This document shows, piece by piece, positions 24,740-35,268 of a stretch of DNA of 64,000 nucleotides (the stretch's first letter is position 1; every line of letters begins with the position of its first letter). Origin of the DNA: Setoptus koraiensis (taxonomy: Eukaryota; Animalia; Arthropoda); contig CM106585.1 in NCBI GenBank assembly GCA_048013815.1, forward strand, positions 9,486,001 through 9,550,000, in the 5' to 3' direction. Both the position numbers and the translations under genes were made by a program. The notes beneath the pieces were generated by a model. That model was not told where the DNA came from. It searched no databases and saw only the letters and a list, made by a program, of their open reading frames with translations.

Positions 24740-26471
24740 ATGTCGAATAAAAACAACAAGAAACAAGTTAAAACTAAACCTCCGCGGCTTAGGTACAATT
24801 GGAAAAAAATATGGAAATCTATAATAGATCTGGCACAGTCATGGAATCTAGTCAAGATACTCATACCTATAGAGATCATATTGAATATTTATATCATTAA
24901 AACTGTCGATTATACAGAAATAGATTGGTCAACATATATGGTGCAAGTTCAGCACGTATTGAACGGCACTTTCGACTATGCACAAATCGAAGGGCCCACC
25001 GGCCCCCTTGTATATCCTGCGGGACACGTATGGTTTTTTCTAGCTCTATATGGACTGACAGGTCGCGGAACAAACATATCACTTGCTCAATTCATTTATG
25101 CCTGCATTTACATAATCAACCTGATTGTTGTATATAAAATATACTCTCATCATCGTGTAAGACAAGTAAGTTCGGCACCTTCATTGGGAAATATCTCTTG
25201 TAAGGTTACATCTAATCATCTCAATTCTCTCTCAAAACTAATTCTCTTAGGTTCCTCCTTACGTGTTCCTGATCATGTGTTTCACCTCTCGGAGAATTCA
25301 TTCTATATACATCTTGAGATTATTCAACGATCCAGTAGCCATGATGTTCGCTTACATGGCGTTCTATGCGTTACTTGAAAAGAAATACAAAACGTCTAGT
25401 GCTTTGTTTAGTTTAGCCGTATCAATCAAGATGAACGTGCTACTATTTGCTCCAGCCTTCGCTTTGATTCTTCACGAACAAATCGGGCTCATAAAGTCAA
25501 TCAAGAACGCTTTAATATTCTCGTCTATTCAGGTATGTTATCTATGTTTCTTGTTTGTCATGGCAAAATTTCTCAGTCAAGAATTTTGTAAGGCTAACAT
25601 TATACCTCTCTCATCATCATTAGTTACTACTTGGATTGCCATTTTTGATCTCACAACCGATGAGCTATTTGAAGGGAGGATTCAATTTTGGAAGAGTTTT
25701 CCTTCATCAATGGACTGTCAACTGGAGATTTTTACCAGAAAAGATATTTCTTAACCAGAACTTTATGATTTCTCTATTAGTCCTACAGTTTACCCTGATC
25801 TTAATATTCTTCTGGTCACGTTGGCGTCGTGCTGTCTGTCGCTTGCTTTGTATCAAAAGACAAACCGAAATCAGGAGAGATGGTAAGTATATATATACTG
25901 AATGATCAATATAGATAACTATTATTTGGCGGAACACTCACTTACCTCTTTATGATCTTAATATCTACAGATGCTATGGTGACATTAGCGCTGGTCAACT
26001 TCATAGGTGTAGCATGTAGCAGATCACTCCACTACCAGTTCTACGTATGGTACTACCACACTTTACCGCTACTCATATGGTCAACTGAGTTTAATACTGT
26101 TAAAGGGTAAGTTAATCTTCATCATAGCGACATCTCTCTAAATAACTTCTGAGTCTACTATATCAACAATTTCTATTATATATACATATATATCTAGATT
26201 ATTACTTCTAGGTTTGATTGAGTTCGCTTGGAATTCATATCCATCAACGATAGCAAGCAGCATCATTTTACATTCATGTCATATAGCTATTCTATACGGC
26301 CTGTATCACAGGCAAGGATTGCAGCAACAAAACCAAACAGGTGGAGATCAACCACAGGCTCAGAATTCAATGGCAAAGAAGATACGTCAAAATAATAGTA
26401 AGCTCGCACCCGAGATTCAGAACCGCTTCGAAACAAAAGTAGGATCGAAACATGTCCATTTCAAGGGCTAA
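24740..26471 (+). CDS. ALG3: Dol-P-Man alpha-1,3-mannosyltransferase; exons 24740-25165, 25251-25532, 25624-25882, 25971-26106, 26198-26471
   Basis: [63 protein letters not shown] and AWNSYPST. Four GT-AG introns of 85-91 nt. Confidence 0.95.
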
Positions 26472-27675
26472 ATAATACCTCATTGTCATATATTTATAGA
26501 AATTGTAGTCCACATAAACGTAGTAAATATTCATACATGAGCTTTCAAATTCGGTTCATATATGTTCATCATACAATGAGTGTCGACAATTATTGTATTG
26601 TTCCTCGAAAACTCTCTTTCTCTGGAAAACCGTAACTCAGTCAGCGAACAATTTTACCACCAGCAATACCTATTGTTTTAAGCATGATGCAATTGCAAAG
26701 TTAATTTTTGCTAAGTTCGAGTGGACAGATCTTATCTGGGGTTCTCGAAGACAAGTATGCATTTGTGAGTTAGGCTGTATTCACGAGGGTGGCTTCGATC
26801 GATAGATTGCATCGAGCACAAAGAATTACCTTGAATTAACATTGTGGCTCTATGTCGCATCCCTATCCTAGTCGATGCTTTAGATTCTATTGGCGTCTGT
26901 CGCTCTTAATATCGCTGCGAATAGAAGTGTAATCTGAAAAGAAGACTAGAGGTCGATAGTATTGACGAACTGTCCACCTGTGTCGTCACTTTCATACAAA
27001 CACATTCGACGTATATAAAATACAGAATCTTGGCACTAATTGCTGTTTGAATCCAATTCTCAAATAACACTTGTGACAGTAGTAGTTAAGAGTCAGAAAC
27101 TAGGACTTGACCACAGAACTCCTGTGACAGAAGCTGGCAAGAGGCATCACTTTGGCCATCATCTTCTCGAACGTTTGACATTGAATGCGCAAGAGATCTA
27201 AGACTCGATAGAAGTTTGTACAAGTGTTAAAAAAGTGTGGGAAGAAATGCTAAATGCACAGACTACAATTGCAACATAGTTGGCATGGACAAAGTAGGGC
27301 GCTTCTTCTTTGGATTGGTCAACTATTAAGTTATCAACTATACAGTATGTTCCGTTGATAGTTCTTTGGATAAATCATTCTAACTTGATCTAGAATCAGC
27401 TATTAACCTTATTGTTTCGAGTGTTTGGCGCTCGTTCATACTTGGGTGTCTGTGAAAACATTTCTTTCTTCCATCTTAGAGTAAATGAATCAGAATAATC
27501 CAAGGAGCTTGGATTCAACAATCAGTGACAAATGCTGATCGATGAACATCTTTATGGTAAATACGTAACAAGAAATCGTATCAAATGACGCAATCAATAC
27601 ATCAAGATAACTTGCACGCCAGTTAGCGTCATCGGAGTTTATTTAATGAATGCATGCAATCAATGAATATTTGAG

Positions 27676-30317
27676 ATGAGAACTGAGTTGCTAATTATTG
27701 TAGCGATCATATTCCTATGTTCCTGGTGTGTATATATCCTAGTCAAAATGAATGGATCAGTAGAGAATTCATATCAAACATCCAAAAATCAACTCGCAAC
27801 TAACCGAGCCACTGGATCTGATTTTGTATTTGACACATCAAAATTGAATCATCATCCTCCATATCATTTATATTCGAATATCTCAGAAAATCCTTTTAAT
27901 TACTCAAATGTCAACTCGCTAAACAATAGTCCAGTCAGTTTTCCAGACAACGTTACATCAGCAAACATAGATGACGAATATTATGAAGACGAAGATCCGG
28001 TTAGTTCATTTCAGAACAACCAAAACAATTCTATTCACAATGCACCTAAAATAAGAGAGAAGTTTGATGACCATTCGAATCACTTGCAAGGACTATCAAG
28101 TTTGAACATGGACATCGACGTGACAAGACCCACATCTAACAAAGATAATTATCATCGCAGTGAGCTCCAGAGTGAACATTATCAGAAGAAAGATGTTAGT
28201 AGAAAAAAGACAGGTCAGCCAACAGCTAACAACGGCTCGAGACTGCCCTATGTAAATGATGGATATATTGGCAGTAAAACATCTGCTTCAAATCCTTTGA
28301 GGAGTTTCAGTGATCCGTATAGCAATGACAAAAAAATACCCGACTATGATGCGGATAGAGATAGTGACGATGCGAGAAATGGAGACGATGATTCAGGTAC
28401 TGAAATAGACGAAAGATCCGGAGGAACCTCGTACAATGAAGAAGAAAATGTAGCTCATGACAAGGGTCATAAATACTCTTTATCACCAGATACAAATAGT
28501 AGAAAAATAGGTGAAAAAAATACAGATGACTTACCGAATAAAGTGGATCCTGAAGATGATTATGAGGATGATCCTGTTGTCGCATCTACAAGTGAAAGTG
28601 CCCCTAATCCTTCAGACATACACGCACATAAGATGAAAGAGTCGGTCGTTTCGCAAAAGTGGGACGATGTAGTTGATAACGATAATGAACACTTCACAGG
28701 GGCGAGATCCAAAAAAAGGAAGAACAAGGCTGAAGATGCAGACAACAACGACAACGAAGATGATCCGGTTAGATTTTTGGATCTCGATAGAAGGCGAGCA
28801 CCGTTTGCTTCAAAAAGATTCAAACGTTACATTAACGATAATCAAAAATATCAATTGGAAGGTTCCAACTATGGAATTGAAAACGTTCCGGAAGCCAGCA
28901 TCAGCTCAATCTACAGTCCTGCAATTAAAGTTCAACTTCCAGACTTGGCTAACAATAATATGAGCATAAGTGCTACTTTAAATCCCTTCCAGACAGCACA
29001 AATCAACTTACTCCCAGTAAGTGAGAGCCAGTATATAGGTTATCCGGAGAGGGGGCGTAAAAGGATTCGCCGGAAGAGAAAAAGGAAATTCGATAAGCTC
29101 AATCAACCTGTCGGAATGGAGATGATACCCGTGGAAAACCATCAGACTGGAATTCAACCGGAGTATATTGTTGAAGGTCAAGATCGTGCAACTCAGCCAA
29201 GTCGTCATCATGGTAAGAAAAAGAAAAAACACGGCCATAAATCGAAGAAGTCATCTTTGAGTGGAAAGCACTCAAAACTACATTCGAGCCAAAAGAAAAA
29301 ATTAAGTAAATCCTATAAAAAAGGTAACTGTATTATGTCTAAATATATAAAAAAACAATTGACGAGACATTGTTTTTCCAACAGACACACTAACTCATAT
29401 AATCGTTATAATATTAATTCTATAGGTAGAGAAAGAAAAAAGAAACACAAAGTTCATAAAGATAAATACCACAAGAAAAAGATGTTTCAGGTAATTGGAA
29501 TATGACTTCCGTTCAACTGACTGACCAACCAACTATAATACTGACTAAATAATTATAACAATAGTTGTAATAATTACATTTTATAAATAACTCTCAAAGG
29601 GCATGAAAAAGGGTGAAAAACATCGCAAGGGCCACGGAGCACAAGGTATGTATCGCTACTATTCTAACTAACACTAATTAGTTAATTTTGTACAGCTAAC
29701 ATCGCTATCTAACATTATATAAATTCTCTCGTTTGACATTAACTATTTCCCATGACAACTATATCTTACAGGGGGTAAAAAAGGCATGAAGTTCTACAAA
29801 GATAAAGGGTACAAAAAGAAAGGATTCAAGAATACTTATCATAAGGAAGAGTAAGTGTAGATTTAGACCGATGTCTATTATTGTTGGATTTAGTAAGGAT
29901 TCTGATCTTCTTGATCATCCCCGACTCTAATAGGTTCGGCAATCGCAAGACGTACTTCGATGAGTATAGGGATAAAGATTTCAAAAAGAAATATAACAAA
30001 TTCGACGACAAGTACAAGTATAAGTAAGTACTACGTAATTACTGCTACTCATTGATCCGAATGCTTTTTCTGCTTGTCTGGCGATTTTATTCACCTGTTT
30101 ATACAAACATTTCGATTTACTTCCATGCAGCAAAATGAAGAAATGGTCAGGAAAGGATCAAAAGAATATGAAAAAGGTTAAAGATGTTGGCAAAAAGCAC
30201 CACAAAACAGGCCATGCTGGATGGAAGAAGAAGCACATCGGCAAATCTAAGAAAGAACATGAATCTCACGAACATAGTTCGAAGAAGAAAAAGAAGAGTA
30301 TGAGCAAGAAGATCTGA
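27676..30317 (+). CDS. Secreted Asp/Lys/His-rich protein with a DUF4779-like C-terminus; exons 27676-29323, 29426-29490, 29600-29645, 29772-29850, 29934-30023, 30131-30317
   Basis: N-terminal hydrophobic segment. Five phase-compatible introns. The spliced product contains KGYKKKGFKNTYHKEEFGNRKTYFDEYRDKD, which resembles arthropod DUF4779 His/Lys/Gly-rich proteins. Confidence 0.72.
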
Positions 30318-30510
30318 AACCTCAATTTGTATTTTATTGTATTAAAATAATCTGTTTCATCAGCACGCATCATTGTTTTTTAAACTATAAGAGATCTCAG
30401 TGGCTCTACGCTATTTCGACATCTTTGATTTATCAAGAGAACAATAACGATGGATAGTTTAAATATCAGGACAACCCTTATTAACACTCAAAAACAAGAA
30501 ATAGCGGCAA

Positions 30511-30900
30511 CTACTTAGATTGCCATTTTTGATCTCACAACCGATGAGTTATTTGAAGGGAGGATTTAATTTTAGAAGAGTTTTCCTTCATCTATGGACT
30601 GTCAACTGGAGATTTTTACCAGAAAAGATATTTCTCAACCAGAACTTTATGATTTCTCCATTAGTCCAACAGTTTACCCTGGTTGAGTGGAGATCAACCA
30701 CAAGCTCAGAATTTAATAGCAAAGAAGATACGTTAAAATGATAGTAAACTCGCACCGGATATTCAAAACCGCTTCGAGACACAAATAGGGTCGAGACATG
30801 TCCGTTTCAAGGCTAAATAATGCCTCATAGTCATATATTTATAAAAATCGTAGTCCACATAAACGTAGTAAATATTCATACATGAGCTTTCAGTGTCGAT
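30511..30900 (+). pseudogene. Partial, internally deleted duplicate of the ALG3 3-prime end
   Basis: 30511-30681 matches 25627-25797 (8 substitutions in 171 nt by my count); 30687-30892 matches 26341-26547. There is no 5-prime part of the gene. Confidence 0.95.
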
Positions 30901-30952
30901 TAAGATATGTTTCCTAAAAAGTTTATTGTTGTTGCCGATTTAAGTATTTGGT

Positions 30953-32260
30953 TCAAGACGTTGATGTCATGTAAAATATGGGCGGAGGGAATTCGTTTAG
31001 TTTGGCATCAAGATATGATAGCATCTCACATAGTACTATCTCGAGCCAACATGGTGTGGATGTCACCTCATGACGTTGATAGGGAGCGCCCCATCCTTTG
31101 ACAAAGCTCATCTTTATCGAGCAGTGAGATTTGAGAGAATGGAGCTTATCGTAATTGTTCTCAGGGCTGTTGATTTCTCTCCTCAATTGCTCTTCGAAAA
31201 CTTTGTAATCAAATATTTTGAGTTGACAATCAGGAGGCATTCTAATAACGGTTTGATTTAGGAAGTTGTTTTCAGCGTAGCAATTGTAGTTCTTAGAATG
31301 AAAATATACAGGATATGCAGATAAATTTTTAGCCCATATTTCGTTGCCTTTCTTTTCTAGCCTCACCCCTCGGCCAATCCCTTTTCTGGTCGACTCTATC
31401 TCTCTATTTCTATTGATGTTTGACAATGATCCAAGCGAAAATCTTTGATTGTGATTGGTGGGGTCGGTGAAGCCGTCAATCGTTACTGCGGATGAGCTAG
31501 CTGTGAAAGGTTCACCAACACGGTTACTGAGTTCCCAGTAAGTAATTTTGCACCAACCGTTCGAGCTAAAACTTATTGGCATCTCTGGCTTTGGAATTGC
31601 TTGCTGGTAACCAGATTGATCCATTTCAACATTGTCTTGGTAGTATCCTGGTGTAGCAGCGGCGTCATATGATTGAGCATCAGGAGATTGAGCGGAAACG
31701 TAAGAGGAAGACGGGGGTCCAGAGAATGACATGCTGGCCACTTGTGAGTGGTAATCAATCGGAAGGCCAGTGTAGGGAGTCGGTGGCGAAAGAGAAGGCG
31801 AAACAGAGAAACTGCCCCCGCCTGGCGTGAATACCGGCGGATAGATGGGTTGATCTACTCGTGAATAGTGGTATGGATTGATGCAAACTTTGGATAGTTT
31901 CTGATGGCCGGGATATTTACAATTATCCACAGACTTGAGTTCTTGGTGTGTCTGTAGGTCGGGCCAACGAACTATTCGGCAGCAAAGAACGTGCGGTAAC
32001 ATTTTCCTGTGCGACACTTGTAGGCGACCATCTTGTGATCTGTCTAGAGTAACACATTGAGTATCTGGGGTCTTTTGTTCCAGGGCAACATAGAAGAATG
32101 CCTCGTAGGAGCCGTCGTTTTTCTTCTTTAGTTTTTTTTCCAGCGTCAAAAAGGCACGACTTTTCCATGTTTCGTCTTCGTCGCCTTGTCTCCATCTCAG
32201 TATTTTGTTCATCATGGAGCTAGGAAAAGAGAAAATGCCATTCTGTGACGACGACGACAT
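30953..32260 (-). CDS. R-Smad, Mad/Smad1-like paralogue A, intronless
   Basis: MH1 (WRQGDED, DGRLQVSHRK, RWPDL, CINPYHY) and MH2 (WCKITYWE, SFVKGWG, VTSTPCW); ends TSTS. ATG at 32260. Confidence 0.93.
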   Translation of the reverse strand: MSSSSQNGIFSFPSSMMNKILRWRQGDEDETWKSRAFLTLEKKLKKKNDGSYEAFFYVALEQKTPDTQCVTLDRSQDGRLQVSHRKMLPHVLCCRIVRWPDLQTHQELKSVDNCKYPGHQKLSKVCINPYHYSRVDQPIYPPVFTPGGGSFSVSPSLSPPTPYTGLPIDYHSQVASMSFSGPPSSSYVSAQSPDAQSYDAAATPGYYQDNVEMDQSGYQQAIPKPEMPISFSSNGWCKITYWELSNRVGEPFTASSSAVTIDGFTDPTNHNQRFSLGSLSNINRNREIESTRKGIGRGVRLEKKGNEIWAKNLSAYPVYFHSKNYNCYAENNFLNQTVIRMPPDCQLKIFDYKVFEEQLRREINSPENNYDKLHSLKSHCSIKMSFVKGWGAPYQRHEVTSTPCWLEIVLCEMLSYLDAKLNEFPPPIFYMTSTS

Positions 32261-32394
32261 GATGTACAGCGTAGTGGGCGACAATATTCAATCAGATGAC
32301 CATAATGGGGCAAGATTATAATTATAATTAGATATTAAAATATGTGTGTGTATATATAAATATATATAGTATGTAAATGTAATGCATGTGTATA

Positions 32395-32795
32395 TTATTG
32401 AACAATAGCTCATATTATTGGATTGGAATTGGTGTGTGTACAATATAAAAGTACAGTACGTGTGTTTGCGCAAAGTGCACCAGCACAAAAATGTGCTCGT
32501 CCGTGTGTCTCAGTCGCTGCGTTTACACGTGTGTGCGTGCGTGTGTGCACAGAGAGAGTTGCTCTCACAAGTGCGATCATACACCCAGTACCCATAACAC
32601 AGCCCAATTGTTGCTGATAATGATCTGCTTCAACATGCGTCAAGAAATAGGCATTTCATCAAGAGGGGGGACGGCACTGCCAGAGAGGGGGGACAAACAA
32701 AGACCGAATCGAACTGCAAGAACAATGTTCGTCGATCACTCTATGTTTGTCTGTGTGTGTCTGCTTATGTGCGCAAACCAGCCACTGATACCAGA
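32395..32795. repeat. Duplicated 5-prime flank of Smad A (paralogous to 36605-36940)
   Basis: A 34-nt identical run GTTTGCGCAAAGTGCACCAGCACAAAAATGTGCT at 32464-32497 and 36657-36690, with further collinear matches. Confidence 0.9.
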
Positions 32796-33252
32796 GCGAA
32801 CCATACGTTATATATAGAAACTGTTTTGTCTGGTTGTAAACGCTACCAATGCTACCCACACCAGAGAACACGGCGTAAACAACCCACAAGTGACAATGGG
32901 AGACGCTGCCAGCGCCCACCAATAGCCCTCGATATTATACAGCGTAGAATGCACTGTGTCGAATCCACAGTCCACCAATACAAATGGTGCATACAAATAG
33001 CGAGCTGCAACAGGAATGTTGGTGTGTGTGTGCGTGTGCTTAAGATTACATTCAACAAGCGGCTGTAGTGGTAGTGATATTTATTGTTGTTATTGATTAC
33101 ATTCGATATTGTTGTTATGCGCAGAACGATAGCCAACTTCCATCCTTTTGGGCATCATCGAATAAACTCGCCAGCTCCAAAGTTCTACTATCGAACTTGT
33201 GTAATTAGAAAATGGTGGCCAACAATTCCTTTGCGCCAGAACTGTAACAATC

Positions 33253-34587
33253 TCACACTCTAGAGCACAATGATTTGCAGATTTCGTGCATTATATCTCT
33301 TGATTGGCTTGCAGGAAATTCCTCCAAACACTTGATGGCTTTTGTTGCGTAACTCTCTATGGTCTTGTGCGTTTCATCTAGCGCTTTGCCATCACTTACA
33401 ATCAAATTGTGCAGCGCTTTGTAGTCGATGGATTCTTGATGCTGGTGCTGGTCGTAGTTAATGCCGCCGTCCCCCACGTCAACACATGACCTGTTGCTCT
33501 CGATTTTTTTCAATAAACTGTCAACATCAGCTATATTTCTCATGAAGTGAATCACTGGTAAACAATTCAAATCAAATGCAGGAAATGGAGGCATTTCTGG
33601 TAACTCAACATGCTTGTACGTGACATCTCTGAACGGCTGTAGTTCTGTGTGAGCTTGCCATGCAAAGCCCAAATTCTTGCCAAAATCGTAGGCATTTTCC
33701 TGAAGTCTTGTGTCCTTGCCAGCCAACAGCATACTCGACTGACAGCTATTGCCTTGCAGACTTCCAATGGTGGAATAGGTTCGCTTCTCCCATCGTGTAA
33801 GATCGCGAGAATTTTCGCTCTTTAAATAGTCTAAATTGCGCCAATCCTCTATGAGTAGAAACTCGCCCTCCATGAAATCTGTTATAGCCGTCGCCATCAA
33901 ATCAACCACTTTACTGTTGTGTAGATCGCCCAAGCCACGCATTACGTAAGCGAGAAGAAAATCGCCACTTAACACAGACAATTTGTTGCCATAATGAATA
34001 GCTTTTGATGTTTTAATCTCAGGAGAGCTGCTCTCTGAAGGTTCTATGGTTCCTTCTTCTAAAGAGGTCATCTTTAGATCCATAACGCCACGATGAATCA
34101 TGAAGGCCGAATATATCATCTCTGTCATTTCGGCAAGCGACATTTGATTTTTGTATAGTAGTTCATTGTAGATATCCTGCTTCTGGCTTGCAGTTTTTGC
34201 TGTTAGTAATACAATCAGACCTCTAGCTTGAGAACTACCCATTTTGCCCTCACCAATATAGGCACATCGTTTGGCTGTCTCCAACATCGGATGATTGGTT
34301 CCCACAAGTTTTTGTAGGTATTTCATTATTGTGCTGTACTCTCCACTTACCCATTGGCGTAGATTAGAATACGAACTTGTATCACCAAGTATTGTCTCAA
34401 CTTGTAACATGGCCTCATTCCATGATTGACTTGTTGTAGGATACAACTGCGATGAGTATCTGGTCGCCTGAAGATTTATAAATTTTCGAGTGTATGTTCC
34501 TTCTGAGGGCTGGCATGATGACCAAATTGGTCGAAGAGATCTGAAGCTTTGTGTTCTAGAGTTGATGAATTTCAAAGTTGACAACAT
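33253..34587 (-). CDS. PDSS2: Decaprenyl-diphosphate synthase subunit 2 (non-catalytic subunit), intronless
   Basis: Mitochondrial-type presequence, LVGTNHPMLETAK, RGLIVLL and GNKLSVLSGDFLLA. The DDxxD motifs are degenerate (IHRGVMD), as is typical of PDSS2/Dlp1. Confidence 0.88.
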   Translation of the reverse strand: MLSTLKFINSRTQSFRSLRPIWSSCQPSEGTYTRKFINLQATRYSSQLYPTTSQSWNEAMLQVETILGDTSSYSNLRQWVSGEYSTIMKYLQKLVGTNHPMLETAKRCAYIGEGKMGSSQARGLIVLLTAKTASQKQDIYNELLYKNQMSLAEMTEMIYSAFMIHRGVMDLKMTSLEEGTIEPSESSSPEIKTSKAIHYGNKLSVLSGDFLLAYVMRGLGDLHNSKVVDLMATAITDFMEGEFLLIEDWRNLDYLKSENSRDLTRWEKRTYSTIGSLQGNSCQSSMLLAGKDTRLQENAYDFGKNLGFAWQAHTELQPFRDVTYKHVELPEMPPFPAFDLNCLPVIHFMRNIADVDSLLKKIESNRSCVDVGDGGINYDQHQHQESIDYKALHNLIVSDGKALDETHKTIESYATKAIKCLEEFPASQSRDIMHEICKSLCSRV

Positions 34588-35268
34588 GGCTTCTCACTTT
34601 AATCGAAACTTTTTTCAATTTAAGATTTACTCTATTCTAGATATTTCGTTCTTTTTTTTAACAAGAAAGAAGAAATGAATCCTATTCTCTGGAGATAAAC
34701 TCGAGACATAGTCAGTATGGTCAGCGATGTCCGAGAGAATTTCTTGTAAGTCGATAGTTTTACTAGAGAGATGAGCTCGCGAGAAAAGCTGCATCAGGGC
34801 GGGTATGATGAAATTTGGGTCAATATCAGACATACATAATACCAGTTGAAATTCCTCCGTCTCACCAACCCACTAATGGCGAAGGGAAGAAGTGGAGAGA
34901 GAGTTAATGCTGAAAGTTGATCATCTATTAACCTCGCTATATCTCAGCCATAATCAAGTAGCTTCCCCCGGCTCAGCATATTTCATCTCTGCTGAGCTCA
35001 GCAGCTTAGTGAGCCTTAACACAGGCAGCAAGACCAATGCAAAGTACACCGCAACACTAAAAGCGAGTTTACTAGCCTGCATAACTCGTTTACCTCCCTA
35101 AAAAGGTGGAGAGAATGTTAATCAGATGGATCAAGAGAGATTGACTTGAATAAAGAAGGCCGCACTGATATTTAAAGCACTTGTTATTTTTATTAATAGG
35201 AATACTGATTGACGAGTCTTCTCTTTTTCGTCTAGGCTTATATTAGGAACATATATTTGGAGGATATT

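Noticed and set aside
26600-27400. Possible decayed membrane-protein pseudogene
   Set aside because: Many stops and no identifiable homology within the window or from memory.
32288-33136. Dense overlapping 60-108 aa ORFs on both strands upstream of Smad A (also 36620-36932 and 62349-62990)
   Set aside because: An artefact of TG/CA-rich sequence that has few stop codons; the translations are C/V/T/H-biased.
34627-35101. Short ORFs between PDSS2 and Smad B
   Set aside because: No recognisable domain; the ORF runs into a T-rich tract in the PDSS2 promoter region.
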